From contig NIVC01003327.1 in NCBI GenBank assembly GCA_002269645.1, forward strand, positions 1 to 64,000: 64,000 nt of DNA, read 5' to 3'. How positions within the stretch are numbered: position 1 is the stretch's first letter; every line of letters begins with the position of its first letter. The position numbers were made by a program, and so were the translations under genes. This DNA is from Macrostomum lignano. Taxonomy: Eukaryota. The notes beneath the pieces are model-generated. The model ran no database searches. It saw only the letters and a program-made list of their open reading frames with translations, and was not told the origin of the DNA. This document shows positions 11,801-26,500 of this stretch, one piece after another.

Positions 11801-14529
11801 GCAAGAATGGCATTCTTGCACTCTTTTGCGTGCAGGAATGGATGTCTATGGTAAAATCTCACTGAAAAAGCATTAGGCGCAGAATGCATTCCTGCACGGT
11901 TTTGTGCATTCCTGCACGATGAATCATCCGACAATGGAATTCCTTCACGTTCACTCGTGCGTGAAGGACATCGTGCACTCGTGCGCTAGCGCGCACTCGT
12001 GCAGATGTCATTCCCGCACTCGTGACCGTGCAGGAATATGATCATTGTTACATGCAGGTATGGTTTATTTGAACTTATTATCATAAACGATGCTGAAGAG
12101 TATTGCTACAGTAAGCACAAGCTGATGATGCATCAACAAGCTGCGTGCTTGTGCATGCATTTCATGCAATATGATAAACAGTCGCTCATAGGTTGAATTG
12201 GACCGTTTATAAAAAAAGCTTTTTTATTTGTTGCATCTGCTTTTGAAGATAAATGTTGATATCAGGCAATGGGAGTTTTTATGCAGGTCCTATATGGGCG
12301 TGCTATTTTGATTGGATGCTGAGAACTTAGCTAATTCATGCATGTAAAAGTATCCTTTTTTTGCATAAGTTATGCGTATACATGTGCAGTGCTCATACAA
12401 ATGGTTCCGGAGCAAATATTGTCTTCACATCTGTATACTTTGTCAATAAAGCTTTCTTGCTGCTAAGTTCGGTACACACAGCGTATATAAGGAAACTCTT
12501 TCGATGAAAAAACTTTATTATTGATGCATGCATGTGACACGTGCGATACGTGTGAATGCAGTTAAGTTACATGTATATACGTAATTTAACGCTTAATTTT
12601 AAACCTTGGAATCAATTAGTACACAATTCTAGCACCCATATTGCTTCAGTCAGTTGCATGATTTTACTTGTATATATTATATAGCACCAAGAGTTTTCAA
12701 TCTCGCCAGCTGGTAGTATTTTTATTCATTGCATTGATTCATGATAATAAAAGTTGCACCGAATGGATTTTCAAATTCTTTACAATTGCAGTACATTCGG
12801 AAAGATATATAAGAATGAAACTTAATTTACAATGAAAAGAGAAATAAAAGCCATCATTGGATAAAAGTACGCATTCAGATCTTTTAATCTCGATGTACGA
12901 GACAATTTATGCATGAATAGGATCAATTAAAAGGATATTTCTCATTTCTTGATTCGTCGACCTGCCAAGAGTTAATGGCATTTAGTGGCATACTCCACTT
13001 TTGATAAGAGAATCGAACTGTTTTTTAAATTATTAACTGTACATATAATTAACAATGTACAAGTAGTCATATGCTATGAACTATATAACGTTTGTCTTAT
13101 TGATGTTGTTCTGGAGGTTCATATTTTGTTATACGAGCTCGTATTTTTGGGGTTTTTACTAATTTAATTGTACATGTATTTTTTCATTATTTAATGTACA
13201 TGAGCCAACCCCCCTCTCTCTCTGCTAACCTCACCCCCACGTTAAATATTAATTAAAAAGGTCGTGATTTTGGTAAGCGTGCTTTTTGCTAAGTGGTGGT
13301 TTGTTTTTGTTTGCCTGCGCGAGAACGCAGAGGTATTGAAGGCTACAAACATCCGATTTTTGCCTACTTAACTATTTTTCGGTTTTGAAGAGTTACTCGA
13401 TTTAACAGATGTATTCCGCCAAGCCTGTTCGACCTACCACTGTTTGAATGTTTCCTATGCTTATGATGGAACGTGCAGGTGCCCATTTTTATATCTAAAA
13501 GCTAATTGGAAGCCTATGGGGCACATTTCTATGAATATTCGTTATATCACGCCGATTTTGGCGTTATCGAGATACTGTATCAAATTAAACATTTCAACAG
13601 TTTGCGCGAATTTAACTTGCTTTGATGTTGGCAATTTTAATTAATTTTTCAGTCGGGGCCATTGCGTGTTAAACTTTACTTCTGACTGAAGCAGTTTACC
13701 GAACGTGTTAAGTTTGCTTCTGTTTGCACTCCATTTTCATATTGAACTTTTAACTGCTTCTTTAAACTTCGAACTTATAACTTCAAACAAAATGTAAGTT
13801 TGAAGTATGTGAACAAGTAATAATGTAAAAAGCAAGCTTTATCATGAGTACTCTAATTTGCTATGCGCATTTTGAAAATTCGAAACAGATTAAACGAATG
13901 TATAATTTGAGTTATTAGGTGAAATAGCAGATACTTTAATTTTAATTGGGTAATATTTGATAGTATAGTATATACTGTATAGATTTAGCATTCAGGGTTT
14001 AAGCCAATCACCATTGAGACTAAGATTTTTTACTACTAGCTGTAAAGTTTTGGCTAGATCTTATAGTACACCTTTCTATATATATAACTATGTAAGGATG
14101 AATAAATTTAGGTATTTTTTACAAATCAATATACACATACAGTTAAATATATAGTTATTGAAAAAAATCATGATGTATCTAGCTAGGGGCCTAGTACTCG
14201 TATTAATGTATTTGAACAATCAGGAACTGGATTTATTGTTTCTTTTCAACTAAAGCCAATAAGCATATGTTTATTTGAATTGCATGATACTAATAAAATG
14301 CCTATAGAAACTTCTTTTTATCTAAAACCCTTGGTTAGATTTCAATTTCTTAAAAATCTTTGTTTCCAGTCAAATTTTTGCTTTTTTACTAAAATTCAGC
14401 TCTAGACTACTAGTAAAATATATTAGTGTTAAAAATTTAAGTTAAATTAAATTTGGACTTAACATTTTAATTAGAAAATTTTGCTACTCTTCATTGATTT
14501 TAAAACTTCAACTTTTCAGAGTTGTTTAT

Positions 14530-17500
14530 ATGGCGCACAAAGATGCCTTAGACCTGAAGCTCACAAAGGAGTTACAAGACATTCTCAGCAATAAGCCATA
14601 TAAGCTTTCAAAAGAGTTCAGTCAAGATGATCTGGCAATTGACAATAAATTCTTAGGTAATTCAACATTTACTTGATAACCTTGATTGTACTTTAGATTA
14701 CAATTAATTTACATATATATATTATATATATATTAAGACGCAGAGAGGAGGCCCCTTCCACGCACGCGTTCGCAGAACAGGCGGGAGGGGCAGGCAGCAG
14801 CAGCCTGAGGGGTCAGCTCAAGCGCCTGCAGGTCCGCAATGAGGCAGTTCATTAGGGTGGCAGTGCGAGCCTGGCCACGGCGCAATTGTTCGGTCGGCCG
14901 GTGCAGCATGGCCAGGGCCAGAGGGACGGGCGCGCCGCGACCCAGGGTCCGTAGGCAGTGGCCCAGCAGCATCTGGCGGCGCCGGCGCAGTATGGCACTC
15001 AGGGGCGGAGTTCCGGCGCGGGCCATCAGAGCGTTGGTCGGCAGGCGATCCGGATAGTGCACGCCCAGCGCGTAGCGCAGCAGCGATCGGTAAAGCGCGT
15101 CCAGGGCTCGCTCTCGCGTTTCGGTCAGCGGCACAGCCTCCATGCCGTACAGAAGAATCGGCTCGACGGCCGTGCGAAACAGGCGCACCTTCAGGTCGTC
15201 TCTGGCAGCTGAATTAAAAACGTTCCTGAGGAGGTGAGCGGCGCGCCAGGCCTGATTCCTCCTGTCGGAGACAATCGCATCGGGGCTCATCACCAGGGCG
15301 CCGAGGTACCGGAAGTCCTCGCACACCGCGATGCGATCTCCATTGGGCAGCGTTAGAGTTGGGGCGGTATTCGTGCCCATGTGCAGCGCCTCCGTCTTGC
15401 GAGCATTCACCAGCAGCCCAACACGGGCGCCCTCGTCGCACAGCCTTGTGAGAGCGCGCTGGGCCGCAGCTGGGTCGCGGCAGAGCAGCGCGATGTCGTC
15501 AGCATACGCGAGAGCGGGAAGCGAAACATCAGGGTGTCTGGAGCTTCGGCGTGGGACCAGCAAGTAGCTGTCATCCTCGCGGAGGGACCGACGAAGCACG
15601 TAGTCCACAACCACGAGGAAGAGCAGAGGAGCCAGCGTGTCACCCTGAAGAACGCCTAAGCTGGTGCCGAACTCTTCTGTGGGGCCGTCGCTCGACATGA
15701 CAAAAGCCCTGGAGTCGCGGTAGAGGTCCATCACCGCACTCACCAGCGCAGCAGGCACGCCATATTGCGATAGAAGCCACGCGATCGCAGGCCTGGACAC
15801 CGAGTCAAACGCCTTGCGAAAGTCGACGAAGATGATTGACACGGAGCGCTGGCGGGTCTTGCAGGCCTCGATGACAGAGCGGATGGTGGCAACCTGCTCG
15901 GTGGTGGACCTACCCGGGCGGAAGCCGCTTTGGAGGCTCAGCAGCAGCGGGTTGAGGCCGGGCAGCAGGCGGTTGCGCAGAATTGCGTTCAGCAGCTTCA
16001 GCGTTGTGCATTCCAGTGCGATGCCCCGCTGGTTGTCCAGGCTGGTGGAGGCGCCTTTCTTCGGGATGGAGACGATCTTGGAGGTGCGCCATTGCTGAGG
16101 AGCTGAGGCGGTCTCGTTGCCTCCAAGGCTGCAGTGTTTGTTCAGCAGGCTGGTGATGGTTGGGGTGAGTTCGGGCAGCTTCAGGACCCTGGGAGGGATG
16201 GCGTCCACCCCAGCGGCGGCATCAGCTCGCATGGTCCTCAGTGCTCGGTCAACCTCGCCTGCAGTGATGGGGCCGGTGTTGAAGGCGCTCGGCTGGGCTG
16301 GAGTGAAGTCCGGGATTGGCAGAAGAGGCGCAGTTGGAGCGGGCGCGTTGAGCACCTCGCGGTAGTGGGCGGCCAGTAGAGCCTTGCGGTGCTCGGTGGA
16401 ATCGGCGCCGACGATGGTGCTGGGCCTGGGTTTCCTGCCTGTCAGCTGGTTGATGGCCCTCCAGGCAGCGCTATGGCGGCAGTTGTCAGTGGCGAGTTGG
16501 ATTTCGCTCACAACCTCTTCGATGAAGGCTTCAGTCCGTCGGGCGTAGATGCGCTGCAGCTCGTCCCTGGCAGCACTGGACTGGTCGCTGTCATGGCCGT
16601 GGAGTGCAGCAGTGCTCTGCACATGCCGCCTTGCCTGGGAGATGACGGGATCGCGGTCCCACAGTGTCTTTGGATGGTTTGCCTGTCTCCGTGGGAGAAG
16701 CGCTGCAGCATCCTCAACAGCGTGATGGAAAGACTCGAAGGACTCGGCTGGAGCAGGAGTGGCGGCAAGCAGCTTGCGAAGGAAGGCCTGCCGCGTGTCC
16801 GGGTTTCTCAGGTCGGCCCAGAGCGGGTGAGGTGGCGCAGGCCGGAGCTTTTGCCAGTGCAGGTCGAAGTCGCATGCCACCAGGCGGTGATCAGATTGAA
16901 CGCAGTCGGGGCGGATATTGAGGACTCTGCGCACCCTGGACCTCAGACCAATTGGGCAGAGAATCCAGTCCAGCCGAGTGGTTCGCCCGTTGGGACCAGA
17001 GAAAGTTGGGAGCTTGCTGAAGCGCTGTCGCAAGGGGCCGTTGACAGTTATCAGATCTCTGGCCTGGATAAAACTAGATAGAAAAGGAGAGTTGGCATTG
17101 GGGGTGCCACAGCTGTTCTTTACCAAGCGGCCGTCAGCTGGCAGTGGCGAGTTGAAGTCACCAGCGACAATGACAGAATCACGAGCAGGGATGGAATCAA
17201 GCGTGCAGCCCAGGGTGTCGTAAAGGGCTTCTGTCTCAGATGGATCTTCGCTGGTCCGAGGGGCCGTTGGGGCATAGACGCAGATGACTTGCAGATGAAT
17301 TGCAGACGCAATTTACATAGCTACCTTGTATTTCAAGCATACTACATTTGTTAAACAATTACTGCTAAAAATTTCAAGAAAATTATACTGTAATTTAACG
17401 AGTGTCACATTTTCACGGTCAGGTCTAGACCACGACATTCCAAAGCTGGGTCGCAGCAAAGCTGTGATCGTTTCTGGCATAGCATTCTCTGCCAACTGCG

Positions 17501-20500
17501 ACGTTGCAATGATCCAGGAGGCCAAACCATCTGCCCGAGGCCTCTGGTACCTGCCGGCTGGCAGACTCGAACTTAATGAGTCATTGGAAGTAAGCAATAA
17601 CTGCAATAGTTATTTACCATTATTTTAAATGATCTGCAAACATTGATCTTTAAAAAGTAAAGCATTAGTGTGCATTCAAGAGAATCATCTTGCCTATCTG
17701 AAACACTGTTTGTGTCCCTGAAAATATTGTTTAATAAACTTTTTTTACCTAAAGGGCCAGATACAGAATCTAGCACAGGACTGCGGGCCAGAGGGGAGAG
17801 GAAAGGGAAGAGAAAAGAGACGAGAGACGAGAGAGAAGAGAAAAGATATGAGATTTGAAAGAGAGCTGAGAAGAGACACAAACCTCGAGCGGACCGGATT
17901 GCTATTGTGAAATTTCAAAGTACCCGAGGGCCGGATAGAGAGGCTTGGCGGGCCGGAGTTTCTCGACCCTTGGTTTAAAGCATGCAAATCTTTAATCCTT
18001 TGAATAAATCCTTTCATAATTTATTCAAACCAAAACACTGGTACATCCCAGACCAATGAATCACATTTCCAAACGCTTTGGCATTTGGAACACCAAAAAA
18101 GTAGACAACTTGGAGTATTTCGACTAAAACAGCCAGATGGATGCAGGATGAAGATGTTACCGTGACTAGAGGGTTACAGAGTCGCAGTTTTAGAAACGCG
18201 TCTAAAAAGACTCTCAGACCAAAAACCGACGCTAAAACAGCGCTAATTTTTCTTACGGTATAAAAAATTCCTGCCATTTCGTCTGTTTTCTAGGACGCGG
18301 TCAAGCGCGAATTCCTCGAAGAGGTTGGACTGCAATTCGAGCCACGCCTATTAGTCAGCATCGAATGCCGCGACTGTCATTGGATTCGCGTCAACTTTCT
18401 TGGCGAAATTGTCGGCGGAAAGTTGAAGGCAAGTTTGCTGTTTTTTTCTTCTAGTCAATTATTTGGCCACAAAACCATCTTCAGTGTATATTTATTTAAG
18501 TTAAAAACTTGATTTGCATGTTGACTCTGATAGATTTCTTGTTAATAATTTAACAAGGAATTATATTTTGCGTTCGCCAACCACACTGCACTGGTCAGAC
18601 GACCTATTAAATTTTGACGCTTGAGGTTGGAGACTAGCTTTGCTTTGGTAGAGGTTGTTGATTAGAGGTTAGTTTTGGCCTTGACCTTTAGAAGTTGGCG
18701 TTACTTTATACGAGCTACGAGCGTAACACTTGGACGCTGACAGACTCGCTCGAATAGCAACAGGTCTGATTCGTCTAAGCGTCTAAGCGACCCTTTGAAA
18801 ACGTTACCGTGACAAGAATCGCAAAAGAGTCATTGCAAACAACTCACTAGTGAGTGCCTCTGACGACTCTTGTGACTTTTTTACCGACTCAAATGACTGT
18901 AGAAGCGACTGTTGAGCCACGAGCGCATGGTTGTAGAATCGTAAAATGATTCGCGAAAAAGTTGTCCAAAAGTCGTGTTAGCGCTTATCTTTCTACTACC
19001 TCCAGTAAGACTAAATTAGAGTTGTTATACATGTAAATGCGAAATGCGATTCTATAATTCATAAAGTGATGCAGACGCGCTTTTAGACTCCTAGGATACG
19101 AATCTACGGCTCCAGAGTCATTACAGAAGTGCACCAAAGTCACTCGCGTCACCCCAGTGTTGTTTCAGAGTCGCAAACAATAAAACGCCTCAAACTGACT
19201 CTTAGGCGAATCTTTGAAGACTTTTTGGCGACTTTTATCGTGACATTTCGTCGTTTCAGAGTTGTCTAGAGTTGCACATCTTTCCTATTTTGCCTGTGTT
19301 ATCACAAGAGCTCAGGGACGACGCAAGTGACTCTGGGATGCTTCTTGGCCTAAGTAACCGTTTTCATCGGGCCGTATGGACCAGGAGGTGCTGCTTTTGA
19401 CTGCAGGCGCTCCAATGCAGAGGACGGGCACTCGCTCGGCGTTTTGTCGATTTTCAGTCTATCTTAATCTTATTTTATGCTATCTCTATCTTAACCAGTC
19501 TGTCAGCAAATATGAGCACTATCACGATGCTGTTTGAGATACTTATTTATAAATTATTTATATCATACAACCGCAATTTCAACTGCAGAACAAACCGGAC
19601 GAAGAGTCTCTATGCGCCAAGTGGATCCCGTTGAAAGACGTTATTGGGTAAGTTGATTAAGAATGTATAATTACATGTCTACTAGAAGTAGTATGCATTC
19701 TTTAAATTGTGCACGAAGAAAGTATGTTTAGAAGTTACATGTAACTATTAAATTATTTCAGAGCGCGCATTGAACTTCGGTGAGTTATCAAATTTTGTCT
19801 TTAAAAATGTCACACACTTCAAATATCTTACATTACTTCTGCATAGCTAATAAACTAACCAAATTCAGTTCAGCAGACATAATACCAATGTTAGTATTGG
19901 CTAATCATTTGGACACTCGCCGGAAGAAGCCATCGATTCCGCGTCTGCCGTTAGCAGTCAGCTGGTCGGCGTGTCACGTGCGGCTGTTCATACATTGTCC
20001 GGGTGGCGCTGTCAGCAGCGATACGGATTCGTCTGTGTCGAAGGTGCTCTGTCGAGTGCTGCCAGATGGCGCCGGTGCCCGGCTGCCTGTGGTGCGAATG
20101 CAGCACCCGGGTAGCTTCGGGGTCCTTGCCGGCACTCTGACTGAAAAGGTGACGTACTAACTATAGTTTCTTAATGATTTTTTAGCATTTTAGACCACCG
20201 CTTGTCAATATCGAATTTTTAGACAAGTCAATTAGCACTGACATTGTCATCCGAAGGCACTAAAAGACAAAAATATTCAATTAGTAGTAGTATGATATAA
20301 AGGTCTGAGCCACACTTATTGCTCGGGCGCAGTGCGCGCCAGCTCGCTGGATGACTCAGCCCCTTATATCACACTACTACTACCAGGAGGTCAGAGTTGC
20401 AAGGTGTCTGAGATAAATATATAATATATATATATATATATTGTGTGAGGGTGTTGAGGGTGAGGGCATGTGTGGGCATTGGCATGTGGAATATTTCGCA

Positions 20501-23500
20501 GAACACAGATTTTTCAGAATTTTTATACTTTTAAAAAAGGAGGGCGCCCTCGCCCTCATGCCCTCACTCATTTTTAAAATCACAAAAATAAGTGAAAAAT
20601 GACTAAAAACAGGTGAAAATGGTCTGAAAACAGCGATTTTTGTGTTTTTCAAATATTTTGAAAAGGTGCAATTTTCACGATTCCAGCTCTAAAACCATGA
20701 GAAAAGTTGGATTCACGGGTCAATTCAATGCAATTTCAGGTATATACAATATGAAAGTGTCATCCAATTTAACGATAGTAAATTTTAAATACATAAAATG
20801 GCCTTCAGTAAACCATTATTTCTAGGAAATGCTTTAGATATTCAGTCAGCTATAACAAAACTACCACCCATCTTCTGCACGATACTTTTACTGGGTCTTC
20901 TGTTTGCAATTCATTCAGATTGTGTGCATGCATGTGTAATGTTCGTCATTTTTGTCTATTTTTAGTAACAGAAAAATAGACGAACTGGAGAGAAAGAATT
21001 GGTTGCCAAAATCCAAAACCAAAACCAAAGCTAAAACTTTTTTGGTCGGATGATTTGGTCGCGAGTATTGGTCAGATTGAAATGTTGAGTGGGTGAGCGG
21101 GGGTAGAACCTCTACAGTATCTATTGAAGTGGCAAGTCTACGGGGGTCAGACAATAGCTGGCCATATTGTTGCGGTGTGAGCTTGTTTGTGTGTAGCGCG
21201 AATAGAAGCCCGAATTCCTGTGTTAGTCATCAGACTGTGTCTGCGACCCTTCGGGGCGATCGAGTGAAGTTTGCCTACTTGCTTTGCTATAGCCGACCAT
21301 ATTGTTGCAATGCAAACTTGTTTATGTGTAGCGCGAATAGAACCCCGAATTCCTGTGTCAATGCAATCAGAATGTCTGCGACCCTTCGGGGCAATTGAGT
21401 GAAGTTTGCCTACTCTGCCAAAAAACAACTCTGAGTCAAAATGTAAGCAAAGAGGTCATGCTAGTTTCCAAATATTCAAAAAATACTTTGTGACTTGAAA
21501 AATGAAAACTACATGGCTAAATTTTTCCTAGAAAAAATGGAAGCTAATAACCCAAGTGTACGAAATGCTCTACCAAAAAATACTATGATTCTATTATATC
21601 ATTTTCTCAAATTAAAACCCACACTCGAAAGTCTCGACTAATTGCAGAAATTGATAAAGCTTACGATGAATATAAAGCTGAAATATTAAAACACACCGAT
21701 TGTAAATGTCCCCCCTTATTTGTATTCATTCAGAGTATATCTTGCACATGTTGATAAATGGGCATTGATTTCGAGACAGCACATAAGGAATGATGAATTT
21801 TTCGTCATGCTGAAATTGAACATTTTCAAACTCCCCATAACCTTTGAGAAGTACATTAAAACCGATAAAATATATCGTTGAATTTATTTTTAATAAAATG
21901 GAACGAAAAAATCAAAACGATTCAAGTGTCTCTCCTGTGATCGTACAGGATCCGCTTCAAAACCATGATGCACCACCACCACCAAGATTGACAAATTTAA
22001 AACAAACAAAATCGTACGATAAACTAATTAATCTCTATGGAGAACGTAATTTTAGATTCGGAAATTGCAGTATAACATAGAATAGTAAAACAAAGAAAAA
22101 AATACCGTCAGGTATGCCAACCAAAGCAGATAGGAATTCAACCTCCCCACCATTTCAACCAGAGGTAGACAACATGATTTGGATAGATACTCGAAATTCA
22201 AATATAACCATAATCGATATTGATAATGCTGACCTATGCCCTGAGTTGAATGAACTGTGTATGACTCATTGTGATTGGATTGTTCAGACAAACAAGGGTC
22301 ACCACTTTTACTTTAACAAGGTAGATGGATTAAAAGTAACGATTCAACAAAGTGTGGGTTTTGATATTCCGGCTTTAGTATTTGCTCCACCAGGTTTCTA
22401 TTATGTCGATGGTGAAATGAAGGAATACAAACATATAGCCCGAAGGGTTAATTGACATGCCATATGTAATTCTTGAGGAGATAAATAGATTAATTAAGCC
22501 ACAGGATAAAACAGAAAACCAAGAACCCGATAAACAAGCACTAAAAAGCACCGTTCCACCACCCACTTGTGAAGGAGTTTCAAGGTTGTTAAGTATAATT
22601 CAACACAAAAATCAAGACTATGATTCTTGGTACAAGGTAGCACTCATACTCCGCGACATAGACAGTGGTGATGAAATGTACAAAGTATTCACTGATTGGT
22701 CAAAAGTAAATTATGATAAGTTCGATTCCGAGTCATGTAAAAGGGTGTGGAATAGCACCCGTGCCAGCTCTGCTGATGCACAGGACAGACTTACTATCGG
22801 TACGTTGAAGAAATGGGCTAGTGAAGAAAACTATGGTAAATATAAGGAATGGAAAAGCAAATATGATTATTATGGTAGGATTTAGTATCTTGATGATAAT
22901 TTCACTGACGTTAACATACCAACGTTGTTTATGAATATAAGAAGAATAATATAATTTACAATAGCGATGGTATTTACTATTTTGATGATGATAAGTGGAG
23001 AGAACTAAGTAGTATAAATGACATATTTCTTAAAATATCACACCTTGTTAGCAGTGGGTTAAACCACCGAAAGACTAGACTTGAAATTGCAATTAAGAAG
23101 GCTGATGATAAAGAGAAGTTAAAAGCACTTGAAAAGAAACTAAAGAACACAATGAAGAATATAAATTCAATACAAGGAGCCAACAAACTCAAACAGGTAA
23201 CTACTTTGTTCAAAGAGAGGTTTACTAACAATGAAATTGAATTCGACATGAAATGGAATTTGCTAGGGTTTAACGATGGAGTATATGATCTCGCTACAGG
23301 TGAGTTTCGCTAGTATAGATATGAAGATTACGTTACTAAATCGGTGGGATATAATTACTCCGATGTACTTAGAGTTAGTGATGACGACTATGGCTTCATT
23401 GTTAATCTGCATAACCAAATCCATCCAGATCCAGAGAACAGAAAAAGTTGGGAATCCGTTATAGCCACAGCTCTAATGGGTAAGAATGTTGAAAACTTTA

Positions 23501-26500
23501 TAATGTTTGATGGCGCTGGTGGAAATGGCAAGGGGGTTGAGGACAACCTACTTCTTAGAACTCTAGAATCTGATTATGCAGCACCACTGAGTCCTGATGT
23601 TTTGAATTCACCAATAAGAATAGACAGGCCACAACCAGCCCTAGCACAAATTAATAAAAAGAGGTGGTTATCAGTCAAAAAGTAAGCGGTGTCTTGAACA
23701 ATGCATTAATAAAATTACTAACTGGTGGTGGGGTTATCCAAGCTAGAAATTTACATTCAAGCCAGTGTAATGTCGTTTTACACGCAACTCTGATAGTCGA
23801 ATGCAACAACAAGCCTGACTTCAGACAAAATATTGGAGATGCAGAGAAGAGGAGAATTATCAATATTAATTACCCGTGCAAATATACAACAGATAACGAA
23901 ATCATTAATTGATCCTGAGAAACACACTTACAAGGCCGATCCATATTTGAAAAGTGAGGAGTTTGCAGAGATGAAACACCTACTAGAAATTTTATAAAAC
24001 CGAATGCTTCTGACATGAGAATGTATGACTCTGTTGAATTGACTTCATGAACTATTTGACCTCCAGCAACATTGAGATTATTAGTGCTACCTGGTGTTGG
24101 CGAAATCTTGATATAGTCTTCTTTCTTTTCGAAAAAACTAAAAGTTTTGTCCTCATATAGGTTCAGTATATACTTTTTGTTTTCAATTTTTGTACGAGAA
24201 ATTTTAACTAAGCTTCGTGAGGTCTAAGAATTATCCCATTACCCTGTTTCTCCTTTTCAACTTTAAACATCTTTAGCAGCCACTTGACTTCTTCGCTGGG
24301 TACTTGTTCGACTCTTTTAGCCGCATCAACTAATACTCCGCTCCCTTGAGCCTTTTTCAACTCTTCTAGTTTTTTGTCGTTCAATGCTTTCTATTGTCTT
24401 ATTATGCTTAGCATTGTTGGCTGTATTAACATTTTTTGCAATCATTGTACCAACTCCGGAGGCTGCTCCGATACCACCCAAAATTGCTGGTAGCAAGCCC
24501 AATAGAGGAATTATTCCACCTTCATGTTCTTTCTGTTTGTCTTGCAATTCTCGAATCTTCTCTTTAGAAAGATACTGCTTTTGCTTATTTACAGTAACAT
24601 ACCTTGGTTTCCCCTCTCGAACATATCGATTGAGTCTGGCTTCAGTGTTTTTGTCGCTCATTTTTAAGGTCAGAATTTCTTCAAACCATTGCCTTGTCTC
24701 AAAGACACTTGAGACTGTTCTGCTGATCCTAGAGCCTTTTTAACAATGTCTTGAATGGCCTTGTTTGATTGAGAAGCTATCTGTTGCTCTTCTTCCATTC
24801 TTTTCTTTGCTTCTTTATCTCTACGTTTCTTTTTAATATATTCCAGTTCCTCACCTGCTTTAGACATGTCACTGTAGGTTTTCTTTGCGTCGAATATGTT
24901 TTTAGCTGCTGTTGCTGTTTTACCTATGGCATCAGCTCCACTCACAATTTTACTTCCATGATTTGATAAAAAGTTTGTGACACCACTGATCATATCACCA
25001 ATTCCTTCACCCTCTTTATCAACTAGTAGTTGTGAATCAGACGTTTCAATCTGACCTTTCGCCCGTTTGCAGTTTGTTCGATAGGCGCTCATTTTTAGTT
25101 GAAAAATTTGCTGGTAGAAGCTGGGATTTGTAAAATGATCCAATAATTTCTTCTCCATTCTCATCCTCAATAATGTAAGTTATGGGATTTGAGTACACAA
25201 ATTTCTTAATCGTAAAAACCTCTGAAATTTTCCAATAACCCTTTCGACCCTTTTCAAAGTGCTCTTTGAATCTATAGATATGAACTTTGTCACCTACTTT
25301 AAAGTTTGGTTTCTCATTTGAAACCTCGAAGTAAGGCTTTGGTACTCGCTCAGGATGTTTAGATGCTTCTGAAGGAGTTATCAGAATCTCAGAATGGATT
25401 GTGTTGTACTTATCAACAATAGCTGGCAATATGTGGAGCCACTTCTGGTTTCCTTGTAGATCAAATTCAAACCATAGTTTCTTTGTGAGAGTACGATTGA
25501 ACCTCTCAATCATTGCATTCTTAGACTCGCCATAAATTGAAAACATCTTGTTAATATACTCCCCGTTTTCATCTTTCTTTCTTATGTTGTCTTTTGAAAA
25601 CGAGTATAGCTTGTACATATGCTAATTATAAAACTCCTTGCCTTCATCTACACAAAGTCTCTCTGATCGTCTTCCTGATTCCTTAAATACTTTTTGGAAA
25701 GCTTCTGCAACTTCCGCTCCCGTCTTTGTTTTCAAAGGTACTGCCCAGGCGTCACGTGTAAAACCATCTATGATAGTGAGTGCATATTTGTAACCTCTTT
25801 TAGGAGGAAGGATTATTATGTCTGCATGCCAAATTGTGTCTTTTGCATAGTGAATCATTTTTCTAAACAGTCTTGGTTTTCTGTATTCCCTATGCAGCTT
25901 CACAGCATCTTCATAGCTAAGACCCTTTCCATAAATGGTTAGACAGTCTATACAATTGTTGGGGTTGTGAGTATGAATGCCTAATCCAAACCGAACTTTA
26001 GCCTTGATAATACGCTTTACTAGATTTCTAATGAGTCTCTCTTTCACAGACAAGTCACTGGTTGGAATAGCATCTAAATCAGTTATCATTTTTTCATCAG
26101 CAATATGCTTCTTTGCTAGGGCTTCCTCTGGAGTTGAAGACGTTTTTTCAGCATCTCTATAGTTTTTGTCATGATAGTAAGCAGTCCAATCTATTGGTTT
26201 AATTGGTAGACTGTCATACCGAGGCCAGTCTGTAATTGGATTGAGTCTTTTGTCTAAATTTGTATCAGGCAGTTGTCCCTCAATCTTTCGAAAGAGGCTG
26301 GACTTTATCTTAAGGCTTCATCAGGATTAACCAGATCCTTCAGCCCCAACCCCATTAAGTCTCTGAACCTTCTCCATATCCTTGTCAACTGGGTCGGACG
26401 TACCTATGGTACTCGAACTTCTTTCGGACTTGTCCGTGTTATCAGAAGATTTAAGCTCTAATGCAATCTTTCAGTCAACGTGAACAAGGTCAATCTTTTT

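Noticed and set aside
21200-21260. CTGATGA on the minus strand as a hammerhead ribozyme core
   Set aside because: No downstream stem II plus GAAA, and not conserved in the second repeat copy.
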